In this document: positions 1-7,130 of the stretch, piece by piece
Numbering within the stretch: position 1 is the stretch's first letter
Layout of the letters: each line of letters opens with the position of its first letter
Source of the DNA: Bdellovibrionota bacterium
GTDB lineage: Bacteria > Bdellovibrionota > UBA1018
Direction of reading: 5' to 3'
NCBI GenBank assembly: GCA_035291325.1
Contig: DATDSK010000183.1
Location: 1-45,574, forward strand
Length of the DNA stretch: 45,574 bases
Made by a program: the position numbers and the translations under genes
Notes under the pieces: generated by a model
What the model was told of the DNA's origin: nothing
The model's input: the letters and a program-made list of their open reading frames with translations, nothing else
The model's database searches: none

Positions 1-371
1 CGGGACCGTCACCTGAATTTCACAAATGGGCTCTCAAGATGAAAATCAAATGGATCGGCGTGGATTGCGGCAGTGCCGATCACCCGATGAACACGATCAT
101 CCGGAAGTGGCATCCCGACGCGTTTCTCGCGGCCGAGCAGAAGCTCAAGGAACAGTTCAACGGAAAGGGCTGGGACGAGGTTTTTCCGCAGGACGAGTAT
201 TATCAAGTCATGCATCTGAAGCTTTTCCCGAAGCGGCTCGTTCATGCGGAGAACGTGGGCGGTGAAATCGCGAAGGTCTCGAATCGGCGCGTATACATCG
301 GGCTCTTTCCCGTCAAGGGGATCGAGCTTGAGTCGGCCTTCTGCCGCATTGTCGCCTGGGACGCACCTTAG
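1..371 (+). CDS. Cyclase-family protein (arylformamidase/kynurenine formamidase-like), C-terminal part; the 5' end lies outside the window
   Basis: The reading frame is open from position 3: GPSPEFHKWALK precedes the first Met of the listed 39..371 ORF. The tail IGVDCGSADHP...HLKLFPKRLVHAENVGG resembles the C-terminal half of putative-cyclase proteins. It lies on the same strand, 20 nt upstream of the next gene. Confidence 0.55.
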   Translation, partial: GPSPEFHKWALKMKIKWIGVDCGSADHPMNTIIRKWHPDAFLAAEQKLKEQFNGKGWDEVFPQDEYYQVMHLKLFPKRLVHAENVGGEIAKVSNRRVYIGLFPVKGIELESAFCRIVAWDAP

Positions 372-391
372 GACGCTGAAAGGAGAACTCG

Positions 392-1291
392 TTGCCGATC
401 ACTCATTCGTTTGATTATCAGAAACCCGGCACCCTCAGGGAGGCGCTCGCGCTGCTCGCGCGAAAAAACGCGGTCGCGCTCGCGGGCGGGACGGACCTGA
501 TCGGGTATCTTAAGGAAGAACTTGTTTCGCCCGAGCTTCTCGTCGACCTCAAGGGGTTAAAAGAACTGAAAAGGATCGAACACCGGGGGGGCGCGCTTCA
601 CATCGGAGCGCTCGTCACTTTCGCCGAGGTGATCGACTCGAAGGTCATCGGAAAAAAATTGCCGGTTCTCGCGGAGATTTCGAAAAAAGTCGCTTCGGTT
701 GGCATTCGCAATCGGGCCACACTGGTGGGAAATCTCTGCTCGGCCGTCCCTTGTCTCGACACGGGCCCGATCCTCGTCGCGATGGACGCTCTCGTTCTCG
801 TGAAGGGGAAAAAGGGAAGCCGGAAAATCCCGGCGGAAAAATGGTTCATCGCTCCTCGAAAGACGGCACGAAAGCCGGGCGAACTCGTGACGGGGATTTC
901 GATACCGCTCCCGCGCGGAAAGGCCGCGGCCTGCTACCTCAAGCTTGGCCGTTACCGCGGCGAAGATCTTGCGCAAGCGAGCGTGTTCGTTTCGATAGAA
1001 CAGAGTTCGCGCGGTGCAAAGGCCCGGAACTTCCGGGTCGCCTTCGGTTCCGTCGGCCCTGTTCCGTGCCGCGCGCGAAAAATCGAGAAGGCGCTCGCCG
1101 CGGGCGGTGCTTTGATCGACATGGTTGCTCTGACGAAGCTTGTTCCGGCCGAGATCTCGCCGATTTCGGACATCCGGGCTTCGAAGGAATACCGGCTTCA
1201 CATGTGCCAGGTGATGCTTGAACGTGCTCTGGCCGCGGCCGATGGACGGCTGAACGGAACGGGACCGGCTTACGGCGCCAGCCTTCTTTGA
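392..1291 (+). CDS. Molybdenum hydroxylase (xanthine dehydrogenase/CoxM family) FAD-binding medium subunit
   Basis: TTG start 5 nt after AAAGGAGA (379-386). LAGGTDL FAD-binding motif near the N-terminus. C-terminal SDIRASKEYR motif typical of the CO-dehydrogenase flavoprotein C-terminal domain. About 300 aa, as expected. Confidence 0.85.
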   Translation: MPITHSFDYQKPGTLREALALLARKNAVALAGGTDLIGYLKEELVSPELLVDLKGLKELKRIEHRGGALHIGALVTFAEVIDSKVIGKKLPVLAEISKKVASVGIRNRATLVGNLCSAVPCLDTGPILVAMDALVLVKGKKGSRKIPAEKWFIAPRKTARKPGELVTGISIPLPRGKAAACYLKLGRYRGEDLAQASVFVSIEQSSRGAKARNFRVAFGSVGPVPCRARKIEKALAAGGALIDMVALTKLVPAEISPISDIRASKEYRLHMCQVMLERALAAADGRLNGTGPAYGASLL

Positions 1292-1328
1292 CCTTTTTGG
1301 GACCCCTTTTGGGCCCCCTGTTTTGGGA
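1292..1328 (+). repeat. Three tandem imperfect ~11-13 nt units of the form C-run, T-run, GGG in the spacer before the small-subunit gene
   Basis: Read directly: CCTTTTTGGGA, CCCCTTTTGGG, CCCCCTGTTTTGGGA. The run ends at the GGAGA SD region. Confidence 0.6.
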
Positions 1329-1340
1329 GATGGAGATCGC

Positions 1341-1832
1341 GTGAAAAAAACAATTCGGTTTGTCCTGAACGGTGAAAAGAGGGCGGTCGATGTCGCGCCT
1401 CAGGAAACCCTGCTTGAAACTCTGCGGGAGCGGCTCGGCGTGAAGAGTCCGAAGTGCGGCTGTGACCGCGGGGATTGCGGCACGTGCACGGTCATGATCG
1501 ACGGGCGATCGGTCCGTAGCTGCCTCGTTCTGGGTGTTGAAGTCGACGGGGCGGTTGTGACGACCCTCGAAGGCATCATGGAAAACGGCGAGCTCAGCCC
1601 GCTTCAGCAGGCTTTTTTGGACCGTAATTCATTTCAATGCGGGTTTTGCGCACCGGGAATGATCATGTCGGCCACGGAGCTTCTGGCGAGGAATGAAAAG
1701 CCGACGCGGGAAGAGGTGCAGGAGGGACTTGCCGGGAATCTATGCCGTTGCACCGGCTATTCCCCGATCATCGATGCGGTGCTCGAGACAGCGGGAGTTG
1801 TGTCGAAGGGGGGTAGCGATGAGCGGTCATAA
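1341..1832 (+). CDS. Molybdenum hydroxylase (2Fe-2S)-binding small subunit
   Basis: Cluster I motif CGCDRGDCGTCTV and cluster II motifs QCGFCAPG...CRCTGY. The GTG at 1341 is preferred over the TTG at 1323 because GGAGA (1332-1336) precedes it and the product then starts MKKTIRFVLNG. Confidence 0.85.
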   Translation: MKKTIRFVLNGEKRAVDVAPQETLLETLRERLGVKSPKCGCDRGDCGTCTVMIDGRSVRSCLVLGVEVDGAVVTTLEGIMENGELSPLQQAFLDRNSFQCGFCAPGMIMSATELLARNEKPTREEVQEGLAGNLCRCTGYSPIIDAVLETAGVVSKGGSDERS

Positions 1833-4155
1833 GTTTATCGGGAAATCCGTCGTACGCGTCGACGGCAAAGCCAAACTCACCGGAGCGGCCGCGTTCGTCG
1901 ATGACCTCGAGTTCGGGCCAGGGCTTCTTCACGCCGTGATCATTGAGAGCCCGCATGCTTATGCGAAGATCAAAAAAATCGATTTTGCAAAAGCACTGGG
2001 CGTCGAAGGCGTCGTGAAGGTCGTCACAGGCAAGGAGTTTCCGTACCGGTTTGGCCTTTACATGCATGACCGGTATGTTTTCGCCCAGGATCACGTCCGG
2101 TTCGTCGGCGAGCAGGTCGCGGCCGTGATCGCGAGAACGCCCGCGGTCGCGAAAGAAGCAGCCAGGCTTGTCAAGGTCGAGTACGAAGTCCTGAAGCCGG
2201 TTCTGGACGTCGAGACCGCTCTTGAGGAGGATGCGCGGCTCATCCATCCGGAACTGGGAAATTATCATCATGTGCCCTGGTTCTTCCCGAAGAAAGACAC
2301 GAATATCGCGCATCTTCGCAAGGTGCGAAAAGGTGACGCGGAACAGGGTTTCAGGGAGGCCGATCATGTGTTCGACGACACTTACATGGTCCCGCGTTAT
2401 GCGCACTGCTCTATCGAAACCCATGGCGCCATCGGCTTGTTCGATCATTCACGAAGATTGACCGTCTGGGCGGCGTCGCAATCGCCGCATACACAGCGGC
2501 ATCTTTTCGCCGAGGCGCTTGCGCCGCTCGGGCTCAAGCACAAAGATGTCCGTGTGATCGCGCCCTCCGTGGGCGGGGGCTTTGGCGGCAAGGCGGGCGT
2601 GTCGATGGAAATTCTCGCCGCCGCGCTCGCGACCACCGTTCAGGGAAGTCCCGTGAAGGTGCACTGGACCCGGGAGCAGGAATTCTATAACACCTATCAG
2701 CGGCAGGGAGTCGTCGCGAAGATGCGGGTCGGAGTGAAGAATGACGGCACGATTACCGCGCTCGAACAGAAGCTTTACTGGGATGCCGGAGCTTATGTTG
2801 AATACGGCGCGAACGTCGTCAACGCGGCCGGGCTCTCGGCTTCGGGTCCGTACCGCATTCCGAATGTCCATATCGATTCCGTCTGCGTTTACACGAATCT
2901 TCCGCCGGGCGGGCCGTATCGCGGGTTCGGTTATTCCGAATTCCTTTTCGGACTTGAATCCCATTTCAACGAAGTCGCGAAAAAGCTCGGAATAGATCCA
3001 GTCGAGTTCCGCCGAAAAAACGCGATCTGCACGGGGGATGTGCTGAATTACGGCGGAAAGATGAACCCTTCGGGGCTCCTCGAGTGCATCGATAAAGTCG
3101 CGCGTGAGATCGATTGGGGGAAGAGGCGCGTTTCAGATGATCCGCGAAAAGCGATCGGGAAGGGGTTTGCGCTTTTTTGGAAGGCGCCCGCCATGCCGCC
3201 GAACGCCTCCTCGACCGCTTTTCTGAAGTTCAACGAAGATGGGAGTCTGAATATCCTGGTCTCCGCCATGGAGATCGGGCAGGGCTTTCTCACCGTGATG
3301 GCCCAGATCGCGGCTGAGGTGTTGAGTGTCCCGCCTGAAAAAATCCGGGTGGAAACTCCGGACACCGATCGTAATCCCTATGAATGGCAGACCGTCGCCT
3401 CGCATATCACCTGGGGAACCGGTAACGCCGTGAAGAAGGCGGCGATCGACGCGCGTGAGCAGATCTTCGACATCGTTTCGTCCGCGCTCGGCCAACCGCG
3501 GGAGTCTCTCTATCTGGATGACGAGCAGGTCCGGTCGCGAAGTGATGCCGGTTTTGGGCTCCCGCTCCGTGATTTCGTGATCAACGGGATCATGATGAAG
3601 GATGGCACTTTTCGCGGCGGCCCGATTATCGGGCGCGGGATGTTCATGCCGGAATTCGCTTCGGCGCTCAGCGATCCCGAAACGAGTCAGGGCGGGAAGC
3701 CGAATGTCCACTACACGGTGGGTGCGAGCGCAATTGAAATCGAAGTCGACCGCGAGACCGGCAGAATCACTATCCCGAAGGTGGTGCTCGGAGTTGACTG
3801 CGGGAAGGTGTTGAACCCGGATCTTCTGAAGGGGCAAGTGACCGGCGGCATGGTTCAGGGCCTCGCGACGGTTCTTTACGATGACATGCGCTTTGACGGG
3901 AAGGGCCGGCTCCTGAATCCGAATTTCACGGATTACAAGATCCCTACCGCTCTCGATACGCCGGAGGAGATCGTTTCGATTTTTGTCGAACACGAGCAGC
4001 CGGACGGGCCGTTCGGGGCGAGGGGGGTGGGTGAGCATACGATGATTCCCGCCGCCCCGATCATCGCGAACGCGATCGAAGATGCTCTTGGAATCCGCAT
4101 CCGATCCATGCCGATTACCGCTGAAAAAATCGCCCTCGCGATCAGGGACTCTTGA
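1819..4155 (+). CDS. Molybdenum hydroxylase molybdopterin-binding large subunit (xanthine dehydrogenase/aldehyde oxidase family)
   Basis: ATG at 1819 (MSGHKFIGKSV) overlaps the small-subunit stop by 14 nt. GGGFGGK motif present. About 780 aa with the a/b-hammerhead plus molybdopterin-binding domain pattern. The 5' part of the listed 1693 ORF overlaps the small subunit and is Arg-rich, so it is rejected. Confidence 0.9.
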   Translation: MSGHKFIGKSVVRVDGKAKLTGAAAFVDDLEFGPGLLHAVIIESPHAYAKIKKIDFAKALGVEGVVKVVTGKEFPYRFGLYMHDRYVFAQDHVRFVGEQVAAVIARTPAVAKEAARLVKVEYEVLKPVLDVETALEEDARLIHPELGNYHHVPWFFPKKDTNIAHLRKVRKGDAEQGFREADHVFDDTYMVPRYAHCSIETHGAIGLFDHSRRLTVWAASQSPHTQRHLFAEALAPLGLKHKDVRVIAPSVGGGFGGKAGVSMEILAAALATTVQGSPVKVHWTREQEFYNTYQRQGVVAKMRVGVKNDGTITALEQKLYWDAGAYVEYGANVVNAAGLSASGPYRIPNVHIDSVCVYTNLPPGGPYRGFGYSEFLFGLESHFNEVAKKLGIDPVEFRRKNAICTGDVLNYGGKMNPSGLLECIDKVAREIDWGKRRVSDDPRKAIGKGFALFWKAPAMPPNASSTAFLKFNEDGSLNILVSAMEIGQGFLTVMAQIAAEVLSVPPEKIRVETPDTDRNPYEWQTVASHITWGTGNAVKKAAIDAREQIFDIVSSALGQPRESLYLDDEQVRSRSDAGFGLPLRDFVINGIMMKDGTFRGGPIIGRGMFMPEFASALSDPETSQGGKPNVHYTVGASAIEIEVDRETGRITIPKVVLGVDCGKVLNPDLLKGQVTGGMVQGLATVLYDDMRFDGKGRLLNPNFTDYKIPTALDTPEEIVSIFVEHEQPDGPFGARGVGEHTMIPAAPIIANAIEDALGIRIRSMPITAEKIALAIRDS

Positions 4156-4157
4156 AA

Positions 4158-4234
<77 letters not shown>

Positions 4235-4285
4235 GTACCCTTGGCGTAGCACAAAAATATCCAGGGTGCCAGCAGGACGTGCCTT

Positions 4286-4969
4286 TTAACGACGGGCCCC
4301 GAACAGGGCAGTTCCGACCCGGATATGAGTGGCGCCTGCCCGAATTGCCTTTTCGAAATCATCGGACATCCCCATCGAAAGGCCACCTTTGCTCCAAGGA
4401 CGGCAGGTCAGTTCAAGTTCCCTCAGCCGGCGGAATGGGTCGCTTTCAGAATCCTGGTGGTGTTCAGGATCGGGAATGCACATCAGTCCCTGAAGTTCGA
4501 GATCGGCAATAGCTGCCACTTTCGCGGCCAGTTCCGCCGTGGAACCGGGGCGAACTCCCGATTTGCCCGCCTCGTCATCAATATTGACTTCAATGAACAC
4601 GGGAAGGCGGCCCGGGCGAGAAGAGCTTTTCCAACGTTTGGCGAGTTCCAGCGCCAGTTTTTCGGAATCGATGGTGTGCACACAATAAACGTGCGGGATC
4701 AGGAGCTTTACCTTGTTCGTCTGAAGATGTCCGATCATATGCCAGCGAATCCCGCTATAGCCCCGGTCGGCCATTTCGACGGCCTTTCTCACAAGCTCCT
4801 GGACGTAGTTTTCACCGAAATCGCGGTGTCCGAGCCGATAAAGCTCTTCAATCGCGCTGATCGGTTGTACTTTGCTGACGGCGATGATCGCCGGAACCGC
4901 GCCCGGCGCCTTTAAAACTCTCATTTTTATTTCATCGTAGCGGGCCGCGAGCGACGCTTCGCCGTTCAT
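4286..4969 (-). CDS. yggS: YggS-family pyridoxal-phosphate homeostasis protein
   Basis: 227 aa with AVSKVQP (PLP lysine context), GENYVQE, HMIGHLQTNK and a C-terminal SMGMSDDF...IRVGTALFG, the canonical YggS pattern. Confidence 0.88.
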   Translation of the reverse strand: MNGEASLAARYDEIKMRVLKAPGAVPAIIAVSKVQPISAIEELYRLGHRDFGENYVQELVRKAVEMADRGYSGIRWHMIGHLQTNKVKLLIPHVYCVHTIDSEKLALELAKRWKSSSRPGRLPVFIEVNIDDEAGKSGVRPGSTAELAAKVAAIADLELQGLMCIPDPEHHQDSESDPFRRLRELELTCRPWSKGGLSMGMSDDFEKAIRAGATHIRVGTALFGARR

Positions 4970-5589
4970 TTCGGAGTTCTCCCGAAGAGGGCAATGCCGA
5001 AAATCTTGTCCAGGTCACTTAAAAGCTGCGCCATGGGAAGCCCGACAACGTTTGTGTAGCTCCCGGAAATCCCTTCGATCAGGGCCATTCCGAGTCCCTG
5101 GGCCGCGTAAGCTCCGGCTTTGTCGTTGGGTTCGCCGGAATCGATATAGCGCTCGATCTGCGGCCTTGAAAGGGGTCGCATCCGAACTCTCGAACTCACG
5201 ACACGCGTGTGCCTCTTCGGTTTTCGCGAGATCTCGACGATGCAATATCCGGTCAGAACAGTATGGGTTTTCCCGGCGAGCGCGCGCAACATTCTGGCGG
5301 CATCTTTTCGATTGCGCGGTTTCCCGAAGATGGATTTGCCGTCCGGGGCGACTACCGTTGTGTCAGCGGCGATAATGAGGGTGCGGGAGCGAGGAGGGGC
5401 CGTTTTAGGACCAGCGGGAGTCAGCGACAGCGCCTTTTCACGCGCAAGGCGCGCGACCATCCTCATCGGGCTTTCATGGCGAAGAACACTCTCGTCTGCG
5501 ATTGGCCGCAGACTGTCGACCTCGAGGCCGACTTGGCTCATGAGTTCGATGCGTCTCGGGGAACTCGAGGCGAGAATGATGCGGAACAT
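4966..5589 (-). CDS. maf: Maf-family nucleoside triphosphate pyrophosphatase
   Basis: N-terminal ILASSSPRR motif and C-terminal GAYAAQG...GSYTNVVGLP. The stop overlaps the yggS start by 4 nt. Confidence 0.88.
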   Translation of the reverse strand: MFRIILASSSPRRIELMSQVGLEVDSLRPIADESVLRHESPMRMVARLAREKALSLTPAGPKTAPPRSRTLIIAADTTVVAPDGKSIFGKPRNRKDAARMLRALAGKTHTVLTGYCIVEISRKPKRHTRVVSSRVRMRPLSRPQIERYIDSGEPNDKAGAYAAQGLGMALIEGISGSYTNVVGLPMAQLLSDLDKIFGIALFGRTPK

Positions 5590-5606
5590 GGATTCAGTAC
5601 ACCTTT

Positions 5607-6581
5607 TCAGAAATAGAACTGCGTTGAAAGGAAGCGGAACTGATCCTTGAATTCACGAAAATTGTCCGTGCGTCTGAAAAAAACGGTCACTTCAGTGCGA
5701 ACTCCCGATTCGCTCACGAAAAAGAAGCTCCCACCGGAACGGAAAACAGTCGCCAAGCCGATTCCGGCGCCCGCAACGGATGTCCGGATCTTGTATTCCT
5801 CTTCGGTATAGATCTTCGCTATGTGCGTGAGCAGCTTCACCTTGTCGAGGCTGCCGAAAAGATCGACCGCGGTGATCGCCGCATATTGACCGTCATACCC
5901 GACGTGCATTTCAATGGATTGACGCCCGACGAGCGCCATGGGCGTGGTTCGAACCATGCTGTTGAAAAGGGGTCTCCCCACTTCGTCGACCGGAGCGTCG
6001 AACATCGCGTTCATGAGAAGTTCGTCAACGGCGTTCGCGATGACCGTGGCCATGCGGCTCTGAAATTTCGCCGCGATGAAGAAATTCTTGACCGCTTCGA
6101 CGGCATCCTGCTTTTGCGTGGTCTTCTGCAGCTTGACAATCTGGACCTTCGCGTTCGGGAGGAGCGTTTTCAGGCCGAACGCTCGATCCGACAGCGTCGC
6201 TTTCAATATTTTCCCGTAGTAGCGACCGGTTGCGACGGGGTCGTGGTAGTTTCTCATGATGAAGTGCCCGAACAGCGGGCTCTGGATGAGATACTGGACC
6301 TTCTCAATGTTCGAGGAAGTCAGAAAGTGAATCGCGTTCGCGTTGATCTTATCTGAGAAAAGTCCGACTGCCTCCTGGATGGCTGTTTCAAATTCCTTAT
6401 ACTGCGCCTCAGAGGACGCATCGAGGAATATCACCCGAGGTTCTTTTTGAGCAATGATGGCCGCGCCCTCTTTCGCGGTCGTGGCCGTGATGAGGGTGAG
6501 ACCGGCGGATTCGGCCGCACTCGCGGCGAAAGCCCGGTCGTCAGGAAGGGTTGATATGAGGAGAAAATCGGTATCGGCCAA
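5607..6581 (-). CDS. Receiver-like N-terminal domain fused to an RsbW/SpoIIAB-like (GHKL ATPase-type) anti-sigma-factor kinase-like domain
   Basis: TTG start 11 nt after the STAS gene stop, preceded by GAGGGGG. The N-terminal ~110 aa alternate beta/alpha segments with LPDD, VIFLDAS and HFLTSS at the expected receiver positions. The C-terminal half has an N-box-like ANAVDELLMNAM and a G-box-like GAGIGLATV. The domain calls are by eye only. Confidence 0.6.
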   Translation of the reverse strand: MADTDFLLISTLPDDRAFAASAAESAGLTLITATTAKEGAAIIAQKEPRVIFLDASSEAQYKEFETAIQEAVGLFSDKINANAIHFLTSSNIEKVQYLIQSPLFGHFIMRNYHDPVATGRYYGKILKATLSDRAFGLKTLLPNAKVQIVKLQKTTQKQDAVEAVKNFFIAAKFQSRMATVIANAVDELLMNAMFDAPVDEVGRPLFNSMVRTTPMALVGRQSIEMHVGYDGQYAAITAVDLFGSLDKVKLLTHIAKIYTEEEYKIRTSVAGAGIGLATVFRSGGSFFFVSESGVRTEVTVFFRRTDNFREFKDQFRFLSTQFYF

Positions 6582-6592
6582 AATAATCCCCC

Positions 6593-7057
6593 TCAGCGCA
6601 TTAAGAAGCTGAAGTATTCCTCTGGAATGTCATCGAAGGATGCTTGACCGCTGCATTTCGTGCACTTCAACGGAGGGAGCTTGAATTCCAGCTTTTTCAA
6701 ATCCTCAGTTTTAAAGAGTCCGACCAACTCGCTTTTGCAGGTCCCGCATGAAAAAGGAACGTAAATCGATTCAACACAGCCTTCGGGGATGAAATTTGAG
6801 ATCAGGTTGATCTGTTCGACGATCGCCGTTGAGCATTCAATGAAATGCATTTTGATGTTCTTGGCCTGGAGTGACTGAAAATACTTGATCCAGGCTTTCA
6901 CTCCAACCGAGTTGATCCTGGGAACGTCCCGGCAATTCACGATTAATTCCGGAGACGTTAAGCCGATGATCTGCTCGAAGTTGACACTTTCTTCGATCGA
7001 ACCGGTTAGCCGGACGAGCAAAGAGTTGCCCTTCTGCTCTTTGACGACGTTGATCAT
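6593..7057 (-). CDS. STAS-domain (anti-sigma-factor antagonist-like) protein with a C-terminal four-cysteine zinc-ribbon-like tail
   Basis: The N-terminal ~100 aa fit the STAS pattern, with a conserved Ser in RINSVGVKAWI. The tail carries CGTCKSE...(27 aa)...CTKCSG. Good SD (GGTGAGGTGA) upstream of the ATG at 7057. Confidence 0.75.
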   Translation of the reverse strand: MINVVKEQKGNSLLVRLTGSIEESVNFEQIIGLTSPELIVNCRDVPRINSVGVKAWIKYFQSLQAKNIKMHFIECSTAIVEQINLISNFIPEGCVESIYVPFSCGTCKSELVGLFKTEDLKKLEFKLPPLKCTKCSGQASFDDIPEEYFSFLMR

Positions 7058-7130
7058 GTTATTTCACCTCACCGTGGTGCTCGTATGGAAGTTGGTTGAA
7101 TTCATAGAAAATGTTAGTGAAAATGACTGA

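Noticed and set aside
392-4155. Annotating the three-subunit enzyme as aerobic carbon monoxide dehydrogenase (CoxMSL).
   Set aside because: The subunit architecture is shared by the whole molybdenum hydroxylase family. I could not find the CoxL form I active-site loop (VAYRCSFR-type) in the large subunit, and no cox accessory genes are present. Only the family-level call is supported.
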